Of a stretch of DNA of 64,000 nucleotides, positions 31,378-40,187 are shown piece after piece (the first letter of the stretch is position 1; every line of letters starts with the position of its first letter). The DNA comes from an uncultured Nitrospiraceae bacterium. GTDB taxonomy: Bacteria > Nitrospirota > Thermodesulfovibrionia > Thermodesulfovibrionales > SM23-35. Both the position numbers and the translations under genes were made by a program. Where the stretch lies: the NCBI GenBank assembly GCA_963727775.1, contig CAVSHB010000001.1, forward strand, positions 1,408,001 through 1,472,000, read 5' to 3'. Below the pieces are notes generated by a model, which saw nothing but the letters and a program-made list of their open reading frames with translations, did not search any database and had not been told where the DNA came from.

Positions 31378-31599
31378 ATGAGTAAAAAGATAATAAGTAT
31401 ACTGGTAGTCATTATTTTAATGTCTGGTTTTCTATTTTACTGGTATGAATATAGACCAACAGCCATTAGAAAAAATTGTAATAAGCTGGCAATTCAGGAA
31501 GCACAACACCGTTATAATCCTGAAGGCAGGTACTACTTTCCAGAGGATTATGAACATTATTATAAGGAATGTTTAAGGTCTAAAGGAATAGAAAAATAG
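31378..31599 (+). CDS. Small hypothetical protein with N-terminal TM helix
   Basis: TM followed by FYWYEYRP...C...YKECL. Confidence 0.6.
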   Translation: MSKKIISILVVIILMSGFLFYWYEYRPTAIRKNCNKLAIQEAQHRYNPEGRYYFPEDYEHYYKECLRSKGIEK

Positions 31600-31759
31600 C
31601 CTCATTCGGAAGAAAGAACAGAACAAGGGCGAAAGACCGATGATGGATCAAAGAAGAAACCCCTATGTGAAGGAAGGCGAAGGTCCGCAACTGAAGAAAG
31701 AGGTGGCCGGGTTTGTTTGGACAGCCTGCAGGGTTTTTTAAGTGGTAAGCTGCTCTGCC

Positions 31760-32590
31760 TCATGCCGCTACCTGTATCTGAGGTAGTGTAGTCCAGTAAA
31801 CCTCATCCGGGGTCCTGTCGTCAAGGCCTTGATGCCGACGCCGATTGTTGTAGAACTCGAAATAATCTGCAAGCCCGCGCCTGGCCTCGGTAATAGAGCC
31901 ATAGGCCTTCAGATGTATATCTTCGTACTTTACGCTCCTCCAGAGTCTTTCTACGTAGACGTTGTCCACCCAGCGTCCTTTGCCATCCATGCTGATACCG
32001 ATGCCATTGCTGATGAGAATGTCCGTAAAGGCGTCCGAGGTGAACTGACTGCCCTGGTCGGTGTTGAATATCTCCGGTGTTCCATACTTCCTGATCGCTT
32101 CTTCAAGCGCCTCGGTGCAGAAGGAGGCGTCCAACGTGTTTGATAGTCGCCACGCCAGCACCCGTCGGCTTGCCCAGTCCATGATCGCTACGAGGTAGCA
32201 GAACCCCTTGGCCATTGGAATATATGTTATATCGGTTGCCCAAACGTGGTTGGCGCGGTTAATCTCCAGCTCCCGCAGGAGATAGGGATAAATTTTGTGC
32301 TCCGGATTCGGTTTCGACAGCCTGGGTTTCGGGTATAAGGCTCTGATGCCCATCTTCTTCATCAAGGTGCTGACATGGCTGCGTCCTACGTCATGTCCGA
32401 GGTCCCGAAGTTCATTGCGTATCCGCCGAATGCCGTAAAACGGATACTTCAGGTGGATCTCATCGATCAGAAGTATAAGTTCCACATCCCGCTTGCTGGT
32501 CGGAACCGCCTCGTAGTACAGGCTCGATCGGGATAGCTCAAGTATCCGGCTTTGCCGCGTCAGCGGTAAGGTATGCTCAGGGTCGATCAT
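31760..32590 (-). CDS. IS3 transposase OrfB (DDE integrase core)
   Basis: [33 protein letters not shown]. Confidence 0.95.
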   Translation of the reverse strand: MIDPEHTLPLTRQSRILELSRSSLYYEAVPTSKRDVELILLIDEIHLKYPFYGIRRIRNELRDLGHDVGRSHVSTLMKKMGIRALYPKPRLSKPNPEHKIYPYLLRELEINRANHVWATDITYIPMAKGFCYLVAIMDWASRRVLAWRLSNTLDASFCTEALEEAIRKYGTPEIFNTDQGSQFTSDAFTDILISNGIGISMDGKGRWVDNVYVERLWRSVKYEDIHLKAYGSITEARRGLADYFEFYNNRRRHQGLDDRTPDEVYWTTLPQIQVAA

Positions 32591-32889
32591 TTCCTTGCGC
32601 TCGGCTCGGCTATCCGCCCGAGCGCGATTGATAAAAAATCGTTCTCCATGGCGAGTTGTCCTATCTTGGCGTGGAGCTCCTTAACACTCGATCCTTCTTC
32701 CGTCTTCTTATCCCTGGAAAACACTTCTGCTGCCCGCTCCAAAAGCTGTTTCTTCCACTCAGTGATCTGGTTAGGATGCACTTCGAAGCGCTCCGCCAAT
32801 TCAACTATCGTCTGTTCTCCCTTGATTGCTTCCAGTGCTACCTTTGCCTTGAATGCCGCTCCGTGGTTCCTTCTCGGTCTCTTTGCCAT
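32587..32889 (-). CDS. IS3 transposase OrfA (HTH)
   Basis: FKAKVALEA...[19 protein letters not shown] slippery site at 32638-32632. Confidence 0.93.
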   Translation of the reverse strand: MAKRPRRNHGAAFKAKVALEAIKGEQTIVELAERFEVHPNQITEWKKQLLERAAEVFSRDKKTEEGSSVKELHAKIGQLAMENDFLSIALGRIAEPSARK

Positions 32890-33835
32890 CTTAGCTGCTC
32901 CTTTTTCCTTTCTGCAGGGTCAAACGGCAAAATAGGCTTCGCCATTTGCCCTATACGGGGCAATCAGACAATGTCTCGATCTCTGATACCCCTGCGTTTT
33001 AGTTTAGAGCAGTTTTACCACTTATGTCTCTGTCCAGTTTTTCCCGGCCAGCTCTGAATTCAGTTGTGGCTTTCATGGATATTCTGGGATACCGCGAAAT
33101 AGTCGAAAATGCCGCTTCAGCCGGAACAGAGCCTGAGTTGCTGTTGCGGCTCCATTCCACTCTAGATGTGGCCAGAACTTTTTAAAAGGCGATCTCACTC
33201 CGTCAAAATTAGGAGTGAAAGACTCCTACGCCGTTAAAGCGTTTACAGACAATATCGTAATGGGATGGCCCATACATACGGACGGAGAAAGTGAATTAGG
33301 GTCCACATTCTTTCAGCTTTCGTTTTTTCAGTTCAATTTGACTCTCGCAGGTTTTTTTATTCGCGGCGGTCTATCCATAGGTCCGCTGTACATGGACGAT
33401 ATTGCTGTTTTCGGTCGTGGCCTTAATGAGGCATATGACACGGAGTCTCGTTTCGCCAGAGACCCTCGCATTGTGCTTGCGTCATCAGCCGAAGAGGCGG
33501 TAACAACCCACATGAGATATTACGCTGAACCTGATAATTCGCCACAAAGCAGGGACTTATATCGGGATGCCGATGGAAAACTATTTCTTAACTACTTGGA
33601 TTCCGTCCTAATTGCCGAAGAGGCGAACGGGCCATTTTACGACGAATTACTGAAACATAAGGAAGTCGTTGAAAGCGCCCTCTCAGGACACAAAGACAAC
33701 CCGTCGATATGGAGCAAATACGCTTGGGTAGCTAACTACCACAACTTTTTCTGCGAACAGTATCCCAATTATTTCAATAGTGAGCACATGATTGAACAAT
33801 CACAGATAAGGTTAGTTCCCAGAAGGATTACGCGG

Positions 33836-33892
33836 GCATAAGCAGGCTTCTTGCGGATCGCCGGAGGCTCCCGCTGAAGCCTGGCGTTAAAC
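33836..33892 (+). other. Degenerate integron attC-like site
   Basis: GCATAAG-CAGGCTTCTTGCGG...CCGCTGAAGCCTGGC-GTTAAAC; 57 bp; overlaps the stop codon of the upstream ORF; core matches GTTRRRY. Confidence 0.55.
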
Positions 33893-34013
33893 AATTCTGC
33901 TGTAAATCATCTTTAAGGTACAAGGGGAGATGCATCCGAAATAACCTGAATTGTCCAGCTTTAGTCTTTTCGAAGATACGCCCAAGTAGCAAGTAAGATA
34001 ACGGCCATTTATT

Positions 34014-34186
34014 TAAGCGGAACTTATTTTTCCGGACAAAATCTGTAGAATTCTTGAAGCACCGGATGTCTTGTAGTAAGATATAGACAAATGAGGATAT
34101 CCGGCGGTATTGCAAAGGGGAGACGGACGGCTACAAAAAAGCTGTTCACTAAGACAGAAACCGGAGAAAGATTAAGACCGACTTCT
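34014..34186 (+). repeat. Direct repeat copy 1 of the rsmD upstream region plus first 32 codons (copy 2 at 34727-34901)
   Basis: 78 bp identical (34051-34128 vs 34766-34843) with diverged flanks. Confidence 0.93.
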
Positions 34187-34213
34187 ATAATTTATGAATT
34201 ATTATCATCTTAG
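34091..34213 (+). pseudogene. Truncated rsmD 5' fragment
   Basis: MRISGGIAKGRRTATKKLFTKTETGERLRPTS, then unrelated IIYELLSS and a stop. Confidence 0.85.
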
Positions 34214-34398
34214 AATTTCGGCTTAAGGCCAGCCTGTTTACATAACTCATTGGCTGTTATTCTGTCAATTGCGGTATGCCTTTTTATTGGAATGGTCTTA
34301 TCGTTGTTTGTATATATTGAATGATTGCTGCCTTCCCGCAATAGATAAAAGCCGTTATCTTCAAAATATTTGATGAGGTCACGGCGTTTAACGGACAA
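34210..34398 (-). CDS. hicA: HicA family toxin
   Basis: KRRDLIK...GFYLLREGSNHSIY...IPIKRH. Confidence 0.9.
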   Translation of the reverse strand: MSVKRRDLIKYFEDNGFYLLREGSNHSIYTNNDKTIPIKRHTAIDRITANELCKQAGLKPKF

Positions 34399-34399
34399 T

Positions 34400-34618
34400 C
34401 TATACCTCTGCAGGAATCTGCTCGAATAAAACCCTGCCCACAGGTATTTCTTTTTTTTGCTGTTTGTAAGCTGCGATCATTTCAGTTAAGGCATCGTTAA
34501 GCATTTCCCTGCATTTTTCTATCGTCCTGCCTTCAGTAATAACTTCCGGCCATTCAATCAATTGGCCCATATAACCGGATGGTATTTCCGTATATTTTGC
34601 TGTATATGTATGTGTCAT
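34400..34618 (-). CDS. hicB: HicB family antitoxin (short form)
   Basis: WPEVITEGRTIEKCREMLNDAL. Confidence 0.88.
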   Translation of the reverse strand: MTHTYTAKYTEIPSGYMGQLIEWPEVITEGRTIEKCREMLNDALTEMIAAYKQQKKEIPVGRVLFEQIPAEV

Positions 34619-34805
34619 GTCATCGTCTCCTTCATGGTTAATTATAGCACATCCTCACATACTCCTTGCCTTTTCAAGCCAGTTATATAGAAAGATACAA
34701 TTGGGCTCCGGTCTTGAAATATCAGCTAAGCGAAAATCTATTTTTTCCAAACAAAATCAGTAGATTTCTTGAAGCACCGGATGTCTTGTAGTAAGATATA
34801 GACAA

Positions 34806-35384
34806 ATGAGGATATCCGGCGGTATTGCAAAGGGGAGACGGACAGCTACAAAAAGGCTATTCACCAAGACAGAAACCGGCGAGAGATTAAGACCTACTTC
34901 TTCAAAAGTCAGGGAAGCATTGTTTGATATCATCAGAAACAGTATAGACGGCGCAAGTTTCGCCGACCTCTATGCCGGCACGGGCGCCGTAGGGTTTGAA
35001 GCATTATCAAGAGGGGCGGGAGCGGTCCTGTTCGTTGAGCCCGAGGACGTGAGGCTAAGAACAATAATAAATAATGCGGGAAAATTCGGGTTTAGTGAAA
35101 AGGTGACTATAGTGAAGGGCAGGGCATATGAATTTTTAAAAAAGGCGTATACTGAAGAAAAGAAGTTTGATATCATGTTTTTAGATCCACCTTATTATTC
35201 GGAAGAGATAGAAAAAGTCTTGCCATTGATCGGAGAAGATGGACTTTTGAATGAGGGAGGGATGGTAATAGTAGAACACTTCTTTAAGAATAAAATGTCG
35301 GAACAAGCGGGTCTGTTGAAAATGGACAGGAATTACAGATATGGAGACACAATGCTCACAATCTATAGAAAGGTTGAGATATGA
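34806..35384 (+). CDS. rsmD: 16S rRNA m2G966 methyltransferase
   Basis: LRPTSSKVREALF, DLYAGTG, FLDPPY, YGDT; upstream of coaD. Confidence 0.95.
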   Translation: MRISGGIAKGRRTATKRLFTKTETGERLRPTSSKVREALFDIIRNSIDGASFADLYAGTGAVGFEALSRGAGAVLFVEPEDVRLRTIINNAGKFGFSEKVTIVKGRAYEFLKKAYTEEKKFDIMFLDPPYYSEEIEKVLPLIGEDGLLNEGGMVIVEHFFKNKMSEQAGLLKMDRNYRYGDTMLTIYRKVEI

Positions 35385-35884
35385 AAAAAACGGCCATCTA
35401 TCCCGGGACCTTTGATCCGATAACAAACGGACATCTTGATTTGGTGAAAAGGGCACTCAGGACATTTGATGAGGTGATAATAGCGTTAGCGCCAAGCCGG
35501 AAGAAGCAGCCATTATTCACTGTTAAAGAACGCTTGGACCTGATAAAAAAGGCGACTAAGGGATTCAGGAGGGCGAGGGTAGAGGCGTTCAACGGCCTGC
35601 TTGTCGAATATGTCAAAGAAAAAAAAGGGACGGCTATAGTCCGTGGGTTGAGGGCGATATCCGATTATGAATACGAACTGCAGTTGGCACTTATGAACAG
35701 AAGACTCGATAAGGATATCGAGACCGTCTTTCTGATGCCGAGCGAAGAATACAGTTTTCTGACCTCGAGCATAATAAAGGAGATAGCATCTTTTGGAGGT
35801 TCTGTAAAGGGTCTAGTATCAGTGGAAGTCGAAGCGGCCTTGAAAAAAAAATACGACACCTCAAAAAGCGCTGAATTGATTTGA
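35381..35884 (+). CDS. coaD: Pantetheine-phosphate adenylyltransferase
   Basis: YPGTFDPITNGHLD, RGLRAISDYEYE. Confidence 0.97.
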   Translation: MKKTAIYPGTFDPITNGHLDLVKRALRTFDEVIIALAPSRKKQPLFTVKERLDLIKKATKGFRRARVEAFNGLLVEYVKEKKGTAIVRGLRAISDYEYELQLALMNRRLDKDIETVFLMPSEEYSFLTSSIIKEIASFGGSVKGLVSVEVEAALKKKYDTSKSAELI

Positions 35885-35974
35885 CCCGAAAAATGCAGAT
35901 AAGGTATCGAAAAATAATTTTTTTCATAACACCCGCATTTTTCTAATTGTAGTTTTAGGTTAAGGAGGGCTGCA

Positions 35975-36061
35975 GTGTTACGAAGTACTTTGCCCGTCCC
36001 GTCTCATTTCAACGCCGGCAAAGTCGGCGAGGTCTGGAAGGTCAAAGGGAAGCCAGTGTGA
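35975..36061 (+). pseudogene. 28-aa ORF resembling the N-terminus of isochorismatase-like proteins, coupled to the next gene
   Basis: AAGGAGG RBS, GTG start, LPVPSHFNAGKVGEVWKV; TGA overlaps the GTG at 36058. Confidence 0.45.
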
Positions 36062-36870
36062 AGAAAAAAGTCCATGTATTTGTCGTATCCGATGCTACGG
36101 GAATGACGGCAGAAATGGTGATAAGCGCTGTACTCGTTCAATTCAAAGAGATAGAACCTGTTTTTAAAAAAATCCCTTATATTAAGACCAGAGAACAGAT
36201 CAAGGCAATTCTGGAGCAGGCTGAAGCCGCAAAGGGCATTGTTGTTTATTCCCTGGTGTCACAGGACCTCAGGTCATGGATGCGCAGGGAAAAACGCAAA
36301 GTGAACATATCCGTTATTGATGTCCTCGGTCCTCTGCTGGACCGGTTCGGGCGGATGTGGAACCTTGTCCCCGCATTCAGTCCCGGTTTGATGAAGAGAG
36401 TCGGTGAAGAATCAATCCGTCTTGCCGAGTCCATCGATTTTACCTTAAGACATGACGACGGACAGGGTACGGACACTTTGGAGCATGCGGATATTGTCCT
36501 GATCGGGGTCTCAAGAACGTCCAAGACCCCGACAAGTCTTTATCTGTCCTGTAACAATAACATGAAGGTGGCGAACATTCCCGTTATTGAAGGCATGAAA
36601 CTTCCGGAAAATGTTTTTACATTGACCGTGCAGAAAGTGGGACTGACAATTGCTCCTGAGAGACTCGCTTTTATAAGAGAAAGAAGACTTAAGTATGCCG
36701 GTGACATGGATTACCTGGATATATCACATATTAAGAAGGAAATCGAATACAGCCGCAGGATATTCAATGAAATCGAAAATTTACAGATTATAGACGTTAC
36801 AAACAGTTCCATTGAAGAAGTTGCCAATAAGATAATAGATAGCAGACAGGAAGACATGAGCAAAAACTAA
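36058..36870 (+). CDS. ppsR: PEP synthase/PPDK regulatory kinase-pyrophosphorylase (DUF299), copy 1
   Basis: VSDATGMTAE, HDDG, GVSRTSKTPTSLYL, KVANIP. Confidence 0.93.
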   Translation: MKKKVHVFVVSDATGMTAEMVISAVLVQFKEIEPVFKKIPYIKTREQIKAILEQAEAAKGIVVYSLVSQDLRSWMRREKRKVNISVIDVLGPLLDRFGRMWNLVPAFSPGLMKRVGEESIRLAESIDFTLRHDDGQGTDTLEHADIVLIGVSRTSKTPTSLYLSCNNNMKVANIPVIEGMKLPENVFTLTVQKVGLTIAPERLAFIRERRLKYAGDMDYLDISHIKKEIEYSRRIFNEIENLQIIDVTNSSIEEVANKIIDSRQEDMSKN

Positions 36871-36899
36871 GGTTCACTGACTTTTGTGTGGAAGTTATA

Positions 36900-36933
36900 C
36901 CCCTCTTAAGTTAAGAGGGGGTGAGGGGGAGTT
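36900..36933. repeat. REP-like hairpin element left of the DUF559 gene
   Basis: CCCCTCTTA-AGT-TAAGAGGGG followed by GTGAGGGGGAGTT abutting the ATG. Confidence 0.75.
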
Positions 36934-37323
36934 ATGAAGTTTTTGAGAAATGATACACAATTAAAGCAACGGCGACGAGAATTAAGGCGGAATCAGACTG
37001 ATGCGGAAAAGGTTTTCTGGACGGAGGTGCGAAATAGACATTTTAATGGGATGAGGTTCTTCCGCCAATACAGTTTAGGCCTATATATTTTGGACTTTTA
37101 TTGTCCCGCAGTGAAGCTTGCTGTAGAATTGGACGGAGGGCAGCACAATCAGAGCAAGAACAAGGAATATGATGAGTTCCGTTCAGAATATTTGAAGGCA
37201 CACGGGATTGAAGTTATAAGGTTTTGGGATAATGAGGTGTTGCTCGATATGCAGGGCGTTTTAAACAAACTGTCTTTGAAAGTAACCCCTCCTAACCTCC
37301 CCTTTGCCAAAGGGGAGGGATAA
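36934..37323 (+). CDS. DUF559 (Vsr-like) endonuclease domain protein
   Basis: RELRRNQTDAE, RFFRQY, YILDFYC, VELDGGQH, VIRFWDNEV. Confidence 0.9.
   Translation: MKFLRNDTQLKQRRRELRRNQTDAEKVFWTEVRNRHFNGMRFFRQYSLGLYILDFYCPAVKLAVELDGGQHNQSKNKEYDEFRSEYLKAHGIEVIRFWDNEVLLDMQGVLNKLSLKVTPPNLPFAKGEG
37283..37319. repeat. REP-like hairpin element right of the DUF559 gene (inverted relative to the left copy)
   Basis: TAACCCCTCCTAA followed by CCTCCCCTTTG-C-CAAAGGGGAGG. Confidence 0.75.
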
Positions 37324-37389
37324 AAAGATGCAGTCCACATGAAAGCCGGAAGAGCAAGAAATAATATCAATGAAAGGAGATAATTTTCC

Positions 37390-39783
37390 ATGAGAGATCG
37401 GGACACGGTTTTATGGTTTAAGGAGATAAGAAAGGAAGACATTCCTTTGGTCGGCGGAAAATGCGCCAATCTTGGAGAACTGACAGGCCGGATAGGAGTG
37501 CCGGTACCTGACGGGTTTGCAGTAACGGCGAATGCATATAAGGTCTTTTTGGAAAAAACAAAGTCAAATAAAACTATTGAATCTCTCCTTTCAAAAATGG
37601 ATATAGCCGATATGGATTCCCTGCAGGACGTCTCCATGAAAATCAGGAAACATGTCGAGGGCATGTCAATGCCAAAGGACATGGAAAAGGAGATCCTGAA
37701 AAAGTATGAGGAACTTTGCAAGAAAACGGGTAAGGAAAATATGCCTGTTGCCGTACGGTCATCCGCAACTGCCGAGGATTTGCCCGGCGCCAGTTTTGCG
37801 GGTCAGCAGGACACTTTTCTGAATATAACCAGGCGGCACCTTCTAAGCAGCATAAAGAAGTGCTGGAGTTCTTTATTTACTCCGCGTGCCATTGTTTACC
37901 GGAAAGAAAAAGATTTTTCACACGAAGAGGTGCTTATCAGCGTAGCTGTTCAGGAGCTTATTTTTTCCCGGGCTTCAGGTGTCATGTTCACTATTGAACC
38001 TGTGAGCGGCGCAAAAGATAAGATCGTCATAAACGCGGCCTTCGGCTTGGGAGAAGCTGTTGTAAGCGGCCAGGTAAATCCCGATGAATATGTCATAGAC
38101 AAGAAAACATTGCATATAGATGAAAAACATATTGTGAAGAAAGACAGGCAGATAGTCTCCGATAAAAAAGGAGGCACAAAATGGGCTGCTGTCCCATTGG
38201 AACTGCAGAAAAAGCAGGCGATAACTGATGAAATGATTACCCGTCTTGCAGACTACGCTATCCGGATAGAAAATCATTATGGCATGCCCCAGGATATCGA
38301 ATGGGCTTTTGATGATCGGGGAAATATCTTTATTCTCCAGGCAAGACCTGAAACAGTGCATGGCTCTGCCGGCGAAAGCAAAGGTGAAGAAAGGAGGCAG
38401 ATTATGGAAAAAGAAATACTTTTGAAAGGAATAGGGGTAAGTCCGGGTCAGGCCTCAGGCAAGGTCAAGGTTATCCTGGACGTCAAAAACATATCAAGCT
38501 TTCCAAAAGGTGATATTTTAGTTACTGAGATGACAACTCCCGATTGGGTCCCTGCCATGAAGATCGCATCTGCGGTCATTACAAATTTAGGCGGGAAGAC
38601 GTGCCATGCCGCTATCGTAAGCCGTGAACTCGGCGTGCCGTGTATTGTCGGAACTGAAAAAGCGACTAAGATCCTGAAAGACGGCGATATCGTAACAGTT
38701 GACGGCCAGCGCGGCATGATATTTAAGGGGGATGTTGCCGAGACAAAGGACGCGAAAACAGGCGCCTCCGGATCACCAGTGGATATGTCGGCGCAGATTG
38801 TAACGGCAACCAAGATCTATGTAAATCTTTCCATACCCGAGATCGCAAAGAAGATAGCGCAGGAGACCAACGCGGATGGAGTCGGATTATTGAGGGCCGA
38901 GCATCTGATGCTCAGCATCGGGAAACATCCGAGACTTCTGATGGAAGAGGGTGGAGACCAGGTTATGATAGATACCTTTGCCCGGGGTGTGGGACAGGTG
39001 GCGGAAGCTTTTTTCCCGCGTCCGGTTGTGTACAGGTTCCTCGATTTTAAACCTGATGAGTTTCTCGAACTGCCCGGCGGCGAAAAGTATGAGAGAAGTC
39101 ATGTCGGTCCGAACCCCATGATCGGTTACCGAGGAGAATACAGATATACGAAAGAAGATGATATTTTCAGGCTCGAATTGAGGGCCGTCAGGCAGGCACG
39201 AGAAAAGATGGGATTCACGAATATATGGGTCATGGTACCTTTTGTAAGGACACTCGATGTTTTTCGGAAGACAATCAATATCATGCGTGAAGAAGGTCTG
39301 GACCATAAGACCGACAACAGTTTTCAGCTATGGATTATGGTGGAAGTCCCCAGCGCAGTCTTTATGATTGACGAATTCTGCAAAGAAGGTATTGACGGCG
39401 TGAGCTTCGGTACCAATGATTTGACCATGCTCGTCCTCGGCGTAGACAGAAACGACACTTCAGTGCAGGAACTTTACGACGAGAGGAACCTTGGAGTCCT
39501 GAGGGCGATTGCCTATACGATGACGGTGTGTAAGAAATACGGGGTTACCACATCCATCTGCGGACAGGCGCCGAGTGTATACCCGGATTATCTGGAATTC
39601 ATGATTCGATGCGGCGCGACTTCGATATCGGTTAACCCGGATACCGTTATCTCATCGAGGAAAGGCGTGGCTGTCGTAGAGCAAAAAATTCTGATGGAAA
39701 AGGCGCTGGGGTTAATGACCAAACCAAAGATTGCAAAGATTCCACTGGATGAGGTGTTCTTTTGGAGACATGTAGAAGAATAG
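37390..39783 (+). CDS. ppsA: Phosphoenolpyruvate synthase (pyruvate, water dikinase)
   Basis: VGGKCANLGEL, RSSATAEDL, GGKTCHAAIVSRE (phospho-His), SFGTNDLT. Confidence 0.96.
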   Translation: MRDRDTVLWFKEIRKEDIPLVGGKCANLGELTGRIGVPVPDGFAVTANAYKVFLEKTKSNKTIESLLSKMDIADMDSLQDVSMKIRKHVEGMSMPKDMEKEILKKYEELCKKTGKENMPVAVRSSATAEDLPGASFAGQQDTFLNITRRHLLSSIKKCWSSLFTPRAIVYRKEKDFSHEEVLISVAVQELIFSRASGVMFTIEPVSGAKDKIVINAAFGLGEAVVSGQVNPDEYVIDKKTLHIDEKHIVKKDRQIVSDKKGGTKWAAVPLELQKKQAITDEMITRLADYAIRIENHYGMPQDIEWAFDDRGNIFILQARPETVHGSAGESKGEERRQIMEKEILLKGIGVSPGQASGKVKVILDVKNISSFPKGDILVTEMTTPDWVPAMKIASAVITNLGGKTCHAAIVSRELGVPCIVGTEKATKILKDGDIVTVDGQRGMIFKGDVAETKDAKTGASGSPVDMSAQIVTATKIYVNLSIPEIAKKIAQETNADGVGLLRAEHLMLSIGKHPRLLMEEGGDQVMIDTFARGVGQVAEAFFPRPVVYRFLDFKPDEFLELPGGEKYERSHVGPNPMIGYRGEYRYTKEDDIFRLELRAVRQAREKMGFTNIWVMVPFVRTLDVFRKTINIMREEGLDHKTDNSFQLWIMVEVPSAVFMIDEFCKEGIDGVSFGTNDLTMLVLGVDRNDTSVQELYDERNLGVLRAIAYTMTVCKKYGVTTSICGQAPSVYPDYLEFMIRCGATSISVNPDTVISSRKGVAVVEQKILMEKALGLMTKPKIAKIPLDEVFFWRHVEE

Positions 39784-40166
39784 AGGGCCTTGTAGATTTT
39801 ATTGCATGCAGATATCACACTGTTGCCGAGATTGGTATCGGCTGTTTCCCTGATGTTGCCTTTGCGCTTCGTGAGCGGGGTGTCGATATGTTTGCGACTG
39901 ATATTTATCCGTTTCTTTATAAGGGAATTAAGATTTTTAGAGATGATGTTTTATCTCCTGACACCTCTATGTTTGCAGGCATAGAGCTTATTTATTCAAT
40001 GAGGCCGCCTCCTGAACTTGTTCCCTATATGAAGAAATTGGCTGATACGATTTCAGCGGATTTAATTATCAAACCTTTATCTTCTGAATATGTGGATAAT
40101 TTTCGTTTAATGAGAAATGGAGATACTACTTTTTTTGTAAGGAATTATTCTGCGGGTACAATATGA
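39762..40166 (+). CDS. UPF0146 family protein
   Basis: VAEIGIG, ATDI, DDV..P, LIYSMRPPPEL. Confidence 0.75.
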   Translation: METCRRIEGLVDFIACRYHTVAEIGIGCFPDVAFALRERGVDMFATDIYPFLYKGIKIFRDDVLSPDTSMFAGIELIYSMRPPPELVPYMKKLADTISADLIIKPLSSEYVDNFRLMRNGDTTFFVRNYSAGTI

Positions 40167-40187
40167 CAAAAATAAGGGTACTTTAAA

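Larger units (their letters stand above)
31699..33055 (-). mobile_element. IS3-family insertion sequence
   Basis: 26-bp imperfect terminal IRs (AGAGGTGGCCGGG...TGGACAG / AGAGCTGGCCGGG...TGGACAG), subterminal AAGTGGTAA...CTGCTCT repeat, 3-bp GAA target duplication. Confidence 0.93.
31640..33841 (+). pseudogene. Class III nucleotidyl-cyclase-like gene disrupted by an IS3 insertion and a 1-bp frameshift near 33180
   Basis: Removing the IS and one GAA copy gives MMDQRRNPYVKEGEGPQLKNSVVAFMDILGY..., continuing after the frameshift into AFTDNIV...IRGGLSIG...FGRGLNEAY..ES...PRIV. Confidence 0.72.

Noticed and set aside
33176..33190. Programmed frameshift at TTTTTAAAA in the cyclase-like gene
   Set aside because: The upstream frame reads ACT TTT TAA, which is not an X XXY YYZ heptamer. 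A 1-bp deletion in an already IS-disrupted gene is simpler.
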